Part shown: positions 13,491 to 30,599 of the stretch, one piece after another
Position numbering within the stretch: the stretch's first letter is position 1
Layout: each line of letters starts with the position of its first letter
NCBI RefSeq assembly: GCF_056746865.1
Contig: NZ_CM163382.1
DNA: 64,000 bases
Strand: one strand, 5' to 3'
The notes under the pieces: model-generated
Databases searched by the model: none
What the model was told of the DNA's origin: nothing
What the model saw: the letters and a program-made list of their open reading frames with translations, nothing else
Position numbers and translations under genes: made by a program

Positions 13491-13510
<20 letters not shown>
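12866..13510 (+). CDS. lpoB: penicillin-binding protein activator LpoB (lipoprotein)
   Basis: 214-aa ORF with lipobox FLAGC and proline-rich linker; conserved synteny. Confidence 0.9.
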
Positions 13511-15351
<1,841 letters not shown>

Positions 15352-15373
15352 CCCTGGCTTATGTGAGGAAGCG

Positions 15374-15916
15374 ATGATTATCTATTTACACGGTTTTGAC
15401 TCTAACAGTCCGGGTAACCACGAGAAAGTCTTACAATTGCAGTTTATTGACCCGGATGTACGCTTGATAAGCTACAGTACGCGGCATCCGAAACATGATA
15501 TGCAGCATCTGCTCAAAGAAGTGGACAAAATGTTGCAACTGAACGTTGACGAGCGTCCGCTAATTTGCGGCGTTGGTCTGGGCGGATACTGGGCGGAACG
15601 GATTGGTTTTCTTTGCGATATCCGCCAGGTGATCTTCAACCCTAATTTGTTCCCTTATGAGAACATGGAAGGCAAGATTGATCGCCCGGAAGAGTATGCC
15701 GATATTGCCACTAAGTGTGTGACCAACTTCCGCGAAAAGAATCGCGATCGTTGCCTGGTGATTTTGTCGCGTAATGATGAAGCGCTTAACAGCCAACGGA
15801 CATCTGAAGAGTTGCATCATTATTACGAGATTGTCTGGGACGAAGAGCAGACGCACAAATTCAAGAATATCTCCCCGCATTTGCAGCGCATTAAAGCGTT
15901 CAAAACCCTCGGGTAA
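15374..15916 (+). CDS. ycfP: UPF0227 esterase-like protein
   Basis: Product [18 protein letters not shown]...; internal ATG of track ORF 15317-15916. Confidence 0.88.
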
Positions 15917-15919
15917 ATG

Positions 15920-16060
<141 letters not shown>

Positions 16061-16315
16061 ACACCTCACTCTATATCACTCTCACAAATTCGCTCAAATA
16101 ATAAACAACAAACTCTGTTTTTTGATCTCACCCGGTAAAGTCGCCTATCTTTTCAGCAACAAAACTTGATTAACATCAATTTTGGTATGACCAATGCACC
16201 ATTCATGTTATTCTCAATAGCGAAGAACATTTTCATTGCTGTAACCTGTTGTTAATTAAGAGCTATATTAATAACTATTAATTAACAATTGGTTAATAAA
16301 TTTAAGGGGGTCACG

Positions 16316-17620
16316 TTGACTACGCCATTGAAAAAAATTGTGATTGTCGGCGGCGGTGCTGGTGGGCTGGAAATGGCAACACAGCTGGGGCATAAGCTGG
16401 GACGCAAGAAAAAAGCCAAAATTACGCTGGTCGATCGTAACCACAGCCACCTGTGGAAACCGCTGCTGCACGAAGTGGCGACTGGCTCGCTTGATGAAGG
16501 CGTCGATGCGTTGAGCTATCTGGCCCATGCGCGCAATCATGGTTTCCAGTTCCAGCTGGGTTCCGTCATTGATATTGATCGTGAAGCGAAAACAATCACT
16601 ATTGCAGAACTGCGCGATGAGAAAGGTGAACTGCTGGTTCCGGAACGTAAAATCGCCTATGACACCCTGGTAATGGCGCTGGGTAGCACCTCTAACGATT
16701 TCAATACGCCAGGTGTCAAAGAGAACTGCATTTTCCTCGATAACCCGCACCAGGCGCGTCGCTTCCACCAGGAGATGCTGAATCTGTTCCTGAAATACTC
16801 CGCCAACCTGGGCGCGAATGGCAAAGTGAACATTGCGATTGTCGGTGGCGGCGCGACGGGTGTAGAACTCTCCGCTGAATTGCACAACGCGGTCAAGCAA
16901 CTGCACAGCTACGGCTATAAAGGTCTGACCAACGAAGCCCTGAACGTAACGCTGGTAGAAGCGGGCGAACGTATTTTGCCTGCATTACCGCCACGTATCT
17001 CTGCTGCGGCCCATAATGAGTTAACGAAACTTGGCGTTCGCGTGCTGACGCAAACCATGGTCACCAGTGCTGATGAAGGCGGCCTGCATACTAAAGATGG
17101 CGAATATATTGAGGCTGATCTGATGGTGTGGGCAGCCGGGATCAAAGCGCCAGACTTCCTGAAAGATATCGGTGGTCTTGAAACCAACCGTATCAACCAG
17201 CTGGTGGTGGAACCGACGCTGCAAACCACTCGCGATCCAGACATTTACGCTATTGGCGATTGCGCGTCATGCCCGCGTCCGGAAGGGGGCTTTGTTCCGC
17301 CGCGCGCTCAGGCTGCACACCAGATGGCAACTTGCGCAATGAACAACATTCTGGCGCAGATGAATGGTAAGCCGCTGAAAAATTATCAGTATAAAGATCA
17401 CGGTTCTCTGGTATCGCTGTCGAACTTCTCCACCGTCGGTAGCCTGATGGGTAACCTGACGCGCGGCTCAATGATGATTGAAGGACGAATTGCGCGCTTT
17501 GTATACATCTCGCTATACCGAATGCATCAGATTGCGCTGCATGGTTACTTTAAAACCGGATTAATGATGCTGGTGGGGAGTATTAACCGCGTTATCCGTC
17601 CACGTTTGAAGTTGCATTAA
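16316..17620 (+). CDS. ndh: NADH dehydrogenase II
   Basis: Product [19 protein letters not shown]... (FAD-binding GGGAGG); TTG start inside track ORF 16289-17620. Confidence 0.94.
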
Positions 17621-17624
17621 TCGG

Positions 17625-17730
<106 letters not shown>

Positions 17731-17846
17731 CTCCTCCGAATCCTTAAGTATTTCCAGCCATTCCCGCGCTTTTCATCTTCTGTCTGATAGCTGCTTTTCT
17801 CCTTCGATTGCATGATTGGCATAACTGCAAAGAAGGAGGTGTTCCC

Positions 17847-18386
17847 GTGAATAAATCAATGTTGGCGGGTATCGGGATTGGTGTCGCAGCTGCGCTGGGC
17901 GTAGCGGCAGTGGCCAGTCTGAACGTGTTTGAACGGGGCCCGCAATACGCTCAGGTTGTTTCTGCAACCCCAATCAAGGAAACGGTTAAAACACCGCGTC
18001 AGGAGTGTCGCAACGTCACAGTGACCCATCGTCGACCGGTGCAGGATGAAAATCGCATTACCGGGTCGGTGCTCGGCGCTGTTGCTGGCGGCGTGATAGG
18101 GCATCAGTTTGGCGGTGGTCGCGGTAAAGATGTCGCCACTGTTGTGGGGGCGCTGGGAGGTGGCTATGCCGGTAACCAGATCCAGGGCTCTCTCCAGGAA
18201 AGCGATACTTACACGACTACGCAACAGCGTTGTAAAACGGTGTATGACAAGTCAGAAAAAATGCTCGGTTATGATGTGACCTATAAGATTGGCGATCAGC
18301 AGGGCAAAATCCGCATGGACCGCGATCCGGGTACGCAGATCCCGCTAGATAGCAACGGGCAACTGATTTTGAATAACAAAGTATAA
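17847..18386 (+). CDS. ycfJ: glycine-zipper membrane protein YcfJ
   Basis: Product MNKSMLAGIGIGVAAALGVAAV...; GTG start 8 nt after AGGAGG; track ORF 17808-18386. Confidence 0.85.
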   Translation: MNKSMLAGIGIGVAAALGVAAVASLNVFERGPQYAQVVSATPIKETVKTPRQECRNVTVTHRRPVQDENRITGSVLGAVAGGVIGHQFGGGRGKDVATVVGALGGGYAGNQIQGSLQESDTYTTTQQRCKTVYDKSEKMLGYDVTYKIGDQQGKIRMDRDPGTQIPLDSNGQLILNNKV

Positions 18387-18408
18387 CAAGGCTGTACTCT
18401 GCAATTTA

Positions 18409-18440
18409 GCCCCTCATTCGCTCAGGCTGAGGGGCTTTTT
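18409..18440. terminator. bidirectional terminator between ycfJ and comR
   Basis: Hairpin agcccctcattcgctcaggctgaggggct followed by T7; approximate. Confidence 0.55.
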
Positions 18441-18447
18441 TTGCGCC

Positions 18448-19080
18448 TTATTTCACCAGTTCGGGCCATAAACGCAAAGTCGTTCGGACAATCTGCATCA
18501 GTTTTTCCAGCGATGCACCTTCGCGTGCGCTGATCGACATCCCCTGAATAATACAATTAAGGAATTCAGCCAGATGCGTCACGTCACAGTGGGTCGGGAT
18601 TTCACCGCGCGCTTGTCGTTGACATAAAAACTGCTGCAAAGTGCGCTCTTGCATCGCATGGCGTGATTTCAGCGTATTGCCGATATCTCCGGAATCTGGG
18701 GAGAGGGTGGTGCAGTTGTTGATCATGAAGCAGCCTGCCGGGGTGTCTTTGCTGGTAAAGCAGTTGGCGATGGCAGCAAAATAGTCAGCCAGCGCAGACT
18801 CCACGCTTTTCTCTTCACAAAACAGCTGTGCTTCATGCTTAGCGGCAAAACGATCGATATAGCGGTCGAGAACGGCGCGAAATAACCCCTCTTTGTTGGT
18901 AAATTCCGCGTATAGCGTGGGCGCTTTGGCTCCGGTCGCTTCGACGAGGTCCGCAAGAGAAGTCGCTTCATAACCGTGTTGCCAGAACAATTTCATGGCC
19001 TTATCAAGCGCTGCATCCCTGTCGAACACTTTTGGGCGGCCACGGCTTTTTTTTACACATTGTGTTGAGTCAGTTGCCAT
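18448..19080 (-). CDS. comR: TetR-family repressor ComR (YcfQ)
   Basis: Product MATDSTQCVKKSRGRPKVFDRDAALD... with TetR HTH; internal start of track ORF 18448-19158. Confidence 0.85.
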   Translation of the reverse strand: MATDSTQCVKKSRGRPKVFDRDAALDKAMKLFWQHGYEATSLADLVEATGAKAPTLYAEFTNKEGLFRAVLDRYIDRFAAKHEAQLFCEEKSVESALADYFAAIANCFTSKDTPAGCFMINNCTTLSPDSGDIGNTLKSRHAMQERTLQQFLCQRQARGEIPTHCDVTHLAEFLNCIIQGMSISAREGASLEKLMQIVRTTLRLWPELVK

Positions 19081-19320
19081 GATGCCGTTGTACCTGGTGA
19101 CTGTGAATGAAAGGTTATTATAAAAATAATCACCTCCGTTCACCAGTCCAGATCCCATAAAAATAATTGCTTTCTATTTAACTGAAATTTAAAGATTTTT
19201 AAATTAATTAATGATTGTTATAAAAAATATCTTGTATGTGATCCAGATCACATCTATCATTTAGTTATCGATCGTTAAGTAATTGCTTGCGACGTCATTC
19301 ATCTGCATAAGGCCACTATT

Positions 19321-19578
19321 ATGAAAAACGTAAAAACCCTCATCGCTGCGGCGATTTTAAGCTCCATGTCATTTGCCAGCTTTGCTGCTGTCGAAGTTCA
19401 GTCAACGCCAGAAGGCCAACAAAAAGTCGGTACTATCAGTGCTAACGCGGGGACAAATCTGGGATCGCTGGAAGAGCAGCTGGCGCAAAAAGCGGATGAG
19501 ATGGGCGCAAAATCATTCCGTATTACTTCTGTAACCGGTCCAAATACCCTCCATGGAACAGCAGTAATTTATAAATAA
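19321..19578 (+). CDS. bhsA: multiple stress resistance protein BhsA (YcfR)
   Basis: 85-aa secreted protein with signal peptide, YdgH/BhsA family. Confidence 0.9.
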   Translation: MKNVKTLIAAAILSSMSFASFAAVEVQSTPEGQQKVGTISANAGTNLGSLEEQLAQKADEMGAKSFRITSVTGPNTLHGTAVIYK

Positions 19579-19617
19579 GCATTAACCCTCATTAATGCCT
19601 GCTACTGCTGATTTTTT

Positions 19618-19651
19618 CCCCGCGACATGCCGTGTCGCGGGGATTTTTTTT
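19618..19651. terminator. bidirectional terminator between bhsA and ldtC
   Basis: Hairpin ccccgcgaca-tgccg-tgtcgcgggg flanked by T6 upstream and T8 downstream. Confidence 0.6.
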
Positions 19652-19660
19652 ATCCAGGAT

Positions 19661-20623
19661 TTACAGAGTTTGTGGGCTCACTTGATGACGGCGGACATCC
19701 ACCGGCATCCCGGAACGGACATCCATCACATGTTGCATCACTTCAGCGTCAGTTTGTGCTGCATCTTTAAATGATTGCATTGCGCTATTCAGCGTAATTG
19801 GCAGCAGCTGCGGATCGTCATCAATCTTCTCTGACAGCGGCTGATGTACTTCAACCAGACGCGCACCGTTTGGTTCGGCAGAGACTTTTATCGGAGTGTT
19901 GATGATATTCACTTTGGTGCCTGGGGTGACCTGGCTAAAGAGTGTTTTGATATCGTCATCACGCAGACGAATACAGCCAGAACTTACCCGCATGCCAATG
20001 CCGAAATCGGCGTTCGTACCATGAAGCAAATAAACGCCGCCATAGGCCGCCAGACGAATCGCATGATGGCCCATTGGATTATCCGGTCCAGCCGGCACTA
20101 CCGCAGGCAACTCAATTCCCTGTGCTTTATAACGGGCGCGGATGTTTGCCGTTGGCGTCCAGGTTGGGTTTGCTCGTTTGTCTGAAACGGTGGTCACCAT
20201 TGTCGGTGTCAGCGTGTCACCACCCAACTGACCAATACCTATTGGATACACGGTTACCGAATTTTTACCCGGCGGGTAGTAATAGAGACGCAGCTCCGCA
20301 ATATTGATCACAATGCCTTCGCGCGGCGCATCTGGAAGTAGGGTTTGCAACGGGATCGTTAACACGCTGCCCGCGCGCGGTACGTAAGGATCAACGCCGG
20401 GGTTAGCCTGTAACAGAGCGAGAAAGCCGACGTTATATTTTTTGGCGATGGCTTCCAGAGAACCACCGTCATTTTCCACCACATGAAATTTGTTTTCGCC
20501 AACCAGACGACTGCCCGCTGGCGGCAGCGGCCAGGTGTTGGCTTTTGCCGGTAGCGCCAGCGCCACGGCAGCGGCGAACGTAAAAAACGTTAGCCAGCGA
20601 GAAAAACGCGTTTTGATCATCAC
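19661..20623 (-). CDS. ldtC: L,D-transpeptidase (YcfS)
   Basis: Signal peptide, LysM-like N-terminus and YkuD catalytic domain with HGT...SSGCIRL. Confidence 0.9.
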   Translation of the reverse strand: MMIKTRFSRWLTFFTFAAAVALALPAKANTWPLPPAGSRLVGENKFHVVENDGGSLEAIAKKYNVGFLALLQANPGVDPYVPRAGSVLTIPLQTLLPDAPREGIVINIAELRLYYYPPGKNSVTVYPIGIGQLGGDTLTPTMVTTVSDKRANPTWTPTANIRARYKAQGIELPAVVPAGPDNPMGHHAIRLAAYGGVYLLHGTNADFGIGMRVSSGCIRLRDDDIKTLFSQVTPGTKVNIINTPIKVSAEPNGARLVEVHQPLSEKIDDDPQLLPITLNSAMQSFKDAAQTDAEVMQHVMDVRSGMPVDVRRHQVSPQTL

Positions 20624-20767
20624 CAAAAATCCATAATAAATATAAGGTTATTGTAATAAACAGATAAGCCTGAATTATGGATGGTGACAGTGTCGGATAG
20701 TGCAGGGAAGTGCAAAGAATTTGTAAATGTTGCAGATGGGGGCGCAGAAACGCCCCCAATCTAACCA

Positions 20768-23700
20768 TCAAGCGATGGCGTTCTCTTCCAGTTCACGCAT
20801 AAACTGGCGTACCCATTCGATACGCGTTTTCCGCTCACTCAAATCCTGAATAAACTTCAGGCGCGTCGGACCATCAAGGCGGTAATGCTGCGGCTGTTTT
20901 TGCAGCAAACCAATCAGCCATGCCGGATTAACGTGATTCTTCTCGGCAAATTCGATCACGCCGCCTTTCTCATTACCTTCCAGCTTCCTGATCCCCAGTT
21001 TCTGCGCTTGCTGGCGCAGACGGGCAATATCCAGCAGGGTACGCGCCGGATCCGGCAGCAGGCCGAAGCGATCGATAAGCTCAACTTTGATCTCTTCCAG
21101 TTCGTTTTCCGTTTTGGCGCTGGCAATACGTTTATAGAACGACAAACGCGTATTCACGTCAGGAATGAAATCATCCGGCAACAGCGACGGCATCCGCAGC
21201 TCGACTTCAGTTTGCTGACTGGTGAGATCTTCCAGCGACGGCTCGCGTCCGGCTTTCAGCGCATCGACGGCGTTTTCCAGCAACTCCATATACAGCGAGA
21301 AACCGATAGTTTCCATTGAGCCACTTTGTTCTTCGCCAAGCAGTTCACCCGCGCCGCGAATCTCCAGATCGTGCGTTGCCAGCGCAAAACCTGCCCCGAG
21401 ATCTTCCAGCGAGGCAATCGCTTCAAGACGTTTTTGCGCATCGGTAGTCATCGCTTTTGGATGCGGCGTCAGCAGCCATGCATATGCCTGATGATGCGAA
21501 CGTCCGACGCGACCGCGCAACTGGTGCAGCTGCGCCAGACCGAAGTGATCCGCGCGTTCAATGATAATGGTGTTGGCTGTCGGGATGTCGATCCCGGTTT
21601 CGATAATGGTGGTACAAACCAGCACGTTGAAACGTTGATGATGGAAATCATTCATCACCCGTTCCAGTTCGCGCTCACGCATCTGCCCGTGACCGATGGC
21701 AATCCGCGCTTCTGGCACCAGTTCCGCCAGCCGTTCGGCGGCTTTCTGGATGTTTTCCACATCATTGTAAAGATAATAAGCCTGCCCCCCGCGCAAAATT
21801 TCACGCAGGATCGCCTCCCTGACCACCAGACTGTCATACTCGCGGACAAACGTTTTGACCGCCAGACGACGGGCGGGCGGCGTGGCAATAATCGACAGAT
21901 CGCGCATTCCGCTCATCGCCATATTCAGCGTACGTGGGATCGGCGTAGCGGTAAGCGTCAGAATATCCACGTTCGCGCGCATCGCTTTAATGCGCTCTTT
22001 ATGACGCACCCCGAAGCGGTGTTCTTCATCGACAATCAGCAGGCCTAAATCTTTAAACTTGACGTCACTTTGCAGCAGTTTGTGCGTACCGATCAGAATA
22101 TCGATTTTCCCTTCCGCCACTTCCGCAAGGATTTGCGTCTGCTCTTTGGCGCTGCGGAAACGGGAGATCATTTCGATACGTACCGGCCAGTTGGCGAAAC
22201 GGTCGCGGAAGTTGTCGTAATGCTGCTGCGCGAGAAGGGTGGTAGGCACCAGCACCGCCACCTGCTTGTGGTTATCTACTGCCAGGAAAGCGGCGCGCAT
22301 CGCCACTTCTGTTTTACCAAAGCCAACATCGCCGCACACCAGACGATCCATTGCCAGCGGCTGACACATGTCGCTAAGTACCGCATTAATGGCCTGTGCC
22401 TGATCCGGCGTGGTTTCAAACGGGAAGCTGTCGCAGAACAACTGATACTGCTCACGATCGTGTTTAAACGCGTAGCCCTCTTTGGCGGCGCGTTGCGCGT
22501 AGATATCCAGCAATTCTGCCGCCACATCACGCACTTTTTCCGCCGCTTTCTGCCGCGCGCGTGACCACGCATCGCCGCCAAGTTTATGCAGCGGGGCGTT
22601 TTCTTCCGCGCCACCGGCGTAACGGCTAATCAGATGCAGTGACGACACCGGAACATACAGTTTGGCGTCGTTGGCATAGGTGAGCATCAAATACTCGCCA
22701 GTAATGCCGCCCGCTTCCAGCGTGGTCATTCCGGCATAGCGACCGACGCCGTGCTCCAGATGGACCACCGGCTGGCCAATATGCAGCTCCGCGAGGTTGC
22801 GGATCAGTGTATCGGGGTTGATGGTGCGGCGAGAATCCTGACGACGGCGGGCAACACGTTCACCGAGCAGATCGCTTTCGCAAATCAGCGCCAGGTTACG
22901 CACCTTATCGACAAAACCATGTTCGGCAGCGCCAATCATCAGATAACGCCCACGGTCGCTGGCTTCATCAAGACGCATAATGCGTTGCGGAGCAATTTTA
23001 ATTCGTGCGAGCAGTTCACCCAGCGCTTCACGGCGACCTTCACTTTCTACCGAGAACACCACCGGACCGTCGAAAGTCTCGAGGAACTTACGTAGCGCAT
23101 CCAGCGGCGCTTTTTGTTGTGCCTGAACGGCCAGGTCTGGCAGTTTCTGGAAACCTAAATTGGCATTCGCGGCTTTTGTCGGTAAATGTTCAGTTTTTAG
23201 CTGCACACGCGGCCAGTTTTTCAGCTCTGAAAAGAGCTCGTCTACCCGCAGCCAGAGCGATTGTGGTGGCAACAGTGGACGCATCGGATCGACGCCGCGA
23301 TTCTCAAAACGCGCCAGCGTGTCAGCCTGGAAACGTTCGGCACTGTTTTCCAGATCGCCAGTATTCACCAGCAAGGTATTGGCAGGGAAATAACTGAACA
23401 GCGGCGGCAGTGGTTCGCTGAAGAACAATGGCTGCCAGTACTCGATCCCGGCAGGTAATGTGCCTTTACTCACTTGCTGATAAATATGTTCCGGGTCGCG
23501 CTTCACTTCGAAGGTATCACGCCACTGGCTGCGGAACAGTTCAATTGCCGCTTTATCGGTCGGAAATTCGTGCGCGGGCAGCAGATTGATCTCTTCTACT
23601 TCCTCCAGCGTGCGCTGGCTATCGACGTCAAACACCCGCAGGCTGTCGATTTCATCATCAAAGAAATCAAGACGATAAGGCAGCTCACTCCCCATCGGGA

Positions 23701-24214
23701 AGAGATCCAGCAACGCGCCGCGCGTGGCGTATTCGCCGTGCTCCATCACCTGGTCAACATGGCGATAACCGGCGCTGTCCAGTTGGGTTCGTAATGCATC
23801 TCGTGACAGGCGCTGACCTTTTTTCATCACCAGCGCATGACCGTGGAGAAAACTGTGCGGGCAAACGCGCTGCATAAGCGTATTCACCGGAACAATCAGT
23901 ACGCCACGCTGCATCGTCGGTAGCTGGTAAAGGGTGGAAAGGCGCGAGGAGATAATGTCCTGATGAGGCGAAAAACTGTCGTAGGGAAGAGTTTCCCAGT
24001 CCGCCAGATTCATCACCATTTGATCGGTAAACTGGCTGATTTCATCATGCAAACGCAGAGCATTTTGCATATCTGGTGCAATGAGTACCACCGGACCGGC
24101 GTGACGTTCGGCAATTTCCGCTACCAGCGTCGCGCAGGCAGCGCCGGTTAACTCGCCCAGCAGACGCTGCTCACCCGCTTTGACGGGCAGCGTATAACGA
24201 TATTGTTCAGGCAT
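20768..24214 (-). CDS. mfd: transcription-repair coupling factor
   Basis: Product begins MPEQYRYTLPVKAGEQ...; superfamily-2 helicase motifs (GDVGFGKTEVA, DEEH); internal start of track ORF ending 24277. Confidence 0.94.
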   Translation of the reverse strand: MPEQYRYTLPVKAGEQRLLGELTGAACATLVAEIAERHAGPVVLIAPDMQNALRLHDEISQFTDQMVMNLADWETLPYDSFSPHQDIISSRLSTLYQLPTMQRGVLIVPVNTLMQRVCPHSFLHGHALVMKKGQRLSRDALRTQLDSAGYRHVDQVMEHGEYATRGALLDLFPMGSELPYRLDFFDDEIDSLRVFDVDSQRTLEEVEEINLLPAHEFPTDKAAIELFRSQWRDTFEVKRDPEHIYQQVSKGTLPAGIEYWQPLFFSEPLPPLFSYFPANTLLVNTGDLENSAERFQADTLARFENRGVDPMRPLLPPQSLWLRVDELFSELKNWPRVQLKTEHLPTKAANANLGFQKLPDLAVQAQQKAPLDALRKFLETFDGPVVFSVESEGRREALGELLARIKIAPQRIMRLDEASDRGRYLMIGAAEHGFVDKVRNLALICESDLLGERVARRRQDSRRTINPDTLIRNLAELHIGQPVVHLEHGVGRYAGMTTLEAGGITGEYLMLTYANDAKLYVPVSSLHLISRYAGGAEENAPLHKLGGDAWSRARQKAAEKVRDVAAELLDIYAQRAAKEGYAFKHDREQYQLFCDSFPFETTPDQAQAINAVLSDMCQPLAMDRLVCGDVGFGKTEVAMRAAFLAVDNHKQVAVLVPTTLLAQQHYDNFRDRFANWPVRIEMISRFRSAKEQTQILAEVAEGKIDILIGTHKLLQSDVKFKDLGLLIVDEEHRFGVRHKERIKAMRANVDILTLTATPIPRTLNMAMSGMRDLSIIATPPARRLAVKTFVREYDSLVVREAILREILRGGQAYYLYNDVENIQKAAERLAELVPEARIAIGHGQMRERELERVMNDFHHQRFNVLVCTTIIETGIDIPTANTIIIERADHFGLAQLHQLRGRVGRSHHQAYAWLLTPHPKAMTTDAQKRLEAIASLEDLGAGFALATHDLEIRGAGELLGEEQSGSMETIGFSLYMELLENAVDALKAGREPSLEDLTSQQTEVELRMPSLLPDDFIPDVNTRLSFYKRIASAKTENELEEIKVELIDRFGLLPDPARTLLDIARLRQQAQKLGIRKLEGNEKGGVIEFAEKNHVNPAWLIGLLQKQPQHYRLDGPTRLKFIQDLSERKTRIEWVRQFMRELEENAIA

Positions 24215-24341
24215 AACGGTTGTCAGATTCTCGTTAGGATATGCCTCAACATATGGGGGCATATCTCTGATAAGCAATGCTGTTCATTATCCGTAATCGA
24301 CATGGTTTAGCAAATTGAATCGCCCCGGCTGGGGCGATGGC

Positions 24342-25415
24342 TTAGCGGGAGTAACTGACGGCAGCGGGCAGTGAAGGCGGGGAGAACAACAGATCGCTGA
24401 ATGCACGCTGTGAAAGTTTTCTTACCAGCAAGCCCGCAACAGTACAGATGAACAAACTGACAAAGGGGTAAACCATCAGGAGTGTCAGTTCGACTTGCGG
24501 CGACCAGCGTGCCGCGTTCATTGGCGCAAGCAGAGTTAAGCTGAATATCTCTACCAGAATGCGATGGGTGGTGTAGATAGCAATGGTGTTGGTGCCAATC
24601 ACATTCAGCAGGCTGGTGGAGCGCATACCGAAACGTTGCTCGTATTGATAAAACAGCTTCATGATCACCACAATCGATACCAGCGACAACAGCAGCGAGA
24701 TAGTAAACAACCAGGCACCGACCGCCAGAACGGTCAGCAAAGAAGCCATCAGCAGATGGCGGCGCAACGGCACCTCTTTAACGTAGGTCATTAATGTTGC
24801 GCCAAACCATGCGCCAAGGCTGTAATAAGGCAAATTGCGGATCACACTGTTCATGCCCCACCACGGCGTGGGAACGAAATTAACCGCCACACTCAGCAGT
24901 ACAAACAAGGCGAATAGTGGCAGCGCCAGACGGCTAAAAATTTTACATACCACGAAATAGACAATTAACGCATACAGATACCACAAGCTGGTGCTGGCGG
25001 TGATCATCCCGCGCAGGAACTCACCGGTGGAATCGGCATACGCGGCATTGGAGGCATTGCTTAAATCGCGCTCAGGTGCCAGCCACTGGTTCAGCGCACT
25101 TAACGCCAGCCACTGCACCACGCCCCAAAGCGCCAGCACCCAGAAGATGTTCCAGATGCGTTTATCGAGACAATTTCCCCACGGTACGCTGTCGATATAG
25201 CGGCGAATCAAATAGCCGGATATAAAGAAAAAAACCGGCATACGAAAGGGTGCAAGGTAAAGATTGAAATAGATCCAGCATTTGCTCAGGACTTCCGATA
25301 ACGGATGCTGAAAAGTGCTCAGATGCGGATAAAAGGTAATCACCGAGTGATAAATCACTACCAGACAAATACATAACCCTTTGATCTGGTTAATCCATAG
25401 CTCTTTTTGTTTCAT
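24342..25415 (-). CDS. ycfT: inner-membrane acyltransferase-family protein YcfT
   Basis: 357-aa polytopic membrane protein; conserved synteny between mfd and lolC. Confidence 0.85.
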   Translation of the reverse strand: MKQKELWINQIKGLCICLVVIYHSVITFYPHLSTFQHPLSEVLSKCWIYFNLYLAPFRMPVFFFISGYLIRRYIDSVPWGNCLDKRIWNIFWVLALWGVVQWLALSALNQWLAPERDLSNASNAAYADSTGEFLRGMITASTSLWYLYALIVYFVVCKIFSRLALPLFALFVLLSVAVNFVPTPWWGMNSVIRNLPYYSLGAWFGATLMTYVKEVPLRRHLLMASLLTVLAVGAWLFTISLLLSLVSIVVIMKLFYQYEQRFGMRSTSLLNVIGTNTIAIYTTHRILVEIFSLTLLAPMNAARWSPQVELTLLMVYPFVSLFICTVAGLLVRKLSQRAFSDLLFSPPSLPAAVSYSR

Positions 25416-25564
25416 CAGGACAACACGCTCTTTTTATTTAACATGCTGTTGATCCTGAGGGGCCAGTCGCGTGGTGTAATGCGTATCTGTCTGTATTTGG
25501 TTATTTTTCAGATAAAGATCAGGCCACAAGGCCAATGAGAAAATGAGGCCCTTTAGTCGATTGA

Positions 25565-28813
<3,249 letters not shown>

Positions 28814-28841
28814 AGGCAGTACATTAAAACAAGGAGCGGCA

Positions 28842-29753
28842 ATGTATTACGGGTTTGATATTGGTGGAACAAAAATTGCGCTTGGCGTGTTTGATAGCGG
28901 TCGGCAGTTGCAGTGGGAAAAGCGGGTGCCGACACCGCGTGACAGCTATGACGCATTTTTAGATGCAGTGTGTGAGCTGGTAGCTGAAGCTGACCAACGT
29001 TTTGGCTGTAAAGGCTCTGTCGGCATCGGTATTCCGGGAATGCCGGAAACAGAAGATGGTACGCTGTATGCCGCCAATGTCCCCGCTGCCAGCGGTAAAC
29101 CGCTGCGTGCCGACCTGAGCGCACGTCTTGATCGCGATGTACGCCTTGATAACGATGCCAACTGTTTTGCCCTTTCAGAAGCCTGGGATGATGAATTTAC
29201 TCAATATCCACTGGTGATGGGGTTGATTCTCGGCACCGGCGTTGGCGGCGGGCTGATTTTCAACGGTAAACCAATTACCGGTAAAAGCTATATTACCGGC
29301 GAGTTTGGCCATATGCGTCTGCCGGTTGATGCGTTAACCATGATGGGGCTGGATTTCCCGTTACGCCGCTGCGGCTGTGGTCAGCATGGCTGCATTGAAA
29401 ATTATCTGTCTGGTCGCGGTTTTGCGTGGCTGTATCAACACTATTATCATCAACCGTTGCAGGCTCCCGAAATTATTGCGCTTTATGATCAAGGCGATGA
29501 GCAGGCAAGGGCGCACGTTGAGCGTTATCTGGATTTATTAGCGGTTTGTCTGGGAAATATCCTGACCATTGTTGACCCTGACCTGGTCGTCATTGGTGGT
29601 GGCTTATCGAATTTCCCGGCAATCACAACGCAACTGGCGGACAGGCTGCCTCGTCATCTCTTACCTGTAGCTCGTGTTCCGCGCATTGAACGCGCGCGCC
29701 ACGGTGATGCGGGAGGAATGCGTGGTGCGGCCTTCCTACATCTAACCGATTAA
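28842..29753 (+). CDS. nagK: N-acetyl-D-glucosamine kinase
   Basis: Product [18 protein letters not shown]... (ROK family); internal start of track ORF 28782-29753. Confidence 0.92.
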
Positions 29754-29768
29754 ACAACAGAGGTTGCT

Positions 29769-30590
29769 ATGCTGTCGCGTCGGGGTCATCGGTTAAGTCG
29801 TTTTCGTAAAAATAAACGCCGTCTGCGCGAGCGTTTGCGTCAGCGTGTTTTTTTCAGAGATAAAGTGGTGCCGGAAGCAATGGAAAAACCAAGAGTACTC
29901 GTACTGACAGGGGCAGGTATTTCTGCGGAATCAGGTATTCGTACCTTTCGCGCCGCAGATGGCCTGTGGGAAGAACATCGGGTTGAAGATGTGGCAACGC
30001 CGGAAGGTTTCGATCGCGATCCTGAACTGGTGCAAGCGTTTTATAACGCCCGTCGTCGACAGCTACAGCAGCCAGAAATTCAGCCTAACGCCGCGCATCT
30101 TGCGCTGGCTAAACTGCAAGACGCCCTCGGCGATCGCTTTTTGCTGGTGACGCAGAATATCGACAACCTGCATGAACGCGCAGGTAATACCAATGTCATT
30201 CATATGCATGGGGAACTGCTGAAAGTTCGCTGTTCGCAAAGTGGTCAGGTTCTCGACTGGACCGGAGACGTTACGCCAGAAGATAAATGCCATTGTTGCC
30301 AGTTCCCGGCACCCTTGCGCCCGCACGTCGTTTGGTTTGGCGAAATGCCACTCGGCATGGATGAAATTTATATGGCGTTGTCGATGGCCGATATTTTCAT
30401 TGCCATTGGTACTTCCGGGCATGTTTATCCGGCAGCTGGGTTTGTTCACGAAGCGAAACTGCATGGCGCGCACACCGTGGAGCTGAATCTTGAACCAAGC
30501 CAGGTCGGTAATGAATTTGCCGAGAAATATTACGGCCCGGCAAGCCAGGTGGTGCCAGAGTTTGTTGAAAAGTTGCTGAAGGGCTTATAA
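29769..30590 (+). CDS. cobB: NAD-dependent protein deacylase (sirtuin), long isoform
   Basis: 273-aa ORF with sirtuin motifs [10 protein letters not shown] and zinc ribbon Cys pairs. Confidence 0.92.
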   Translation: MLSRRGHRLSRFRKNKRRLRERLRQRVFFRDKVVPEAMEKPRVLVLTGAGISAESGIRTFRAADGLWEEHRVEDVATPEGFDRDPELVQAFYNARRRQLQQPEIQPNAAHLALAKLQDALGDRFLLVTQNIDNLHERAGNTNVIHMHGELLKVRCSQSGQVLDWTGDVTPEDKCHCCQFPAPLRPHVVWFGEMPLGMDEIYMALSMADIFIAIGTSGHVYPAAGFVHEAKLHGAHTVELNLEPSQVGNEFAEKYYGPASQVVPEFVEKLLKGL

Positions 30591-30599
30591 AGCAGGAAG

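Noticed and set aside
16657-17471. Several minus-strand ORFs of 67-109 aa
   Set aside because: Antisense within ndh; no independent support.
20885-23794. Series of plus-strand ORFs of 100-240 aa
   Set aside because: All lie antisense inside mfd; no RBS support and composition typical of shadow ORFs.
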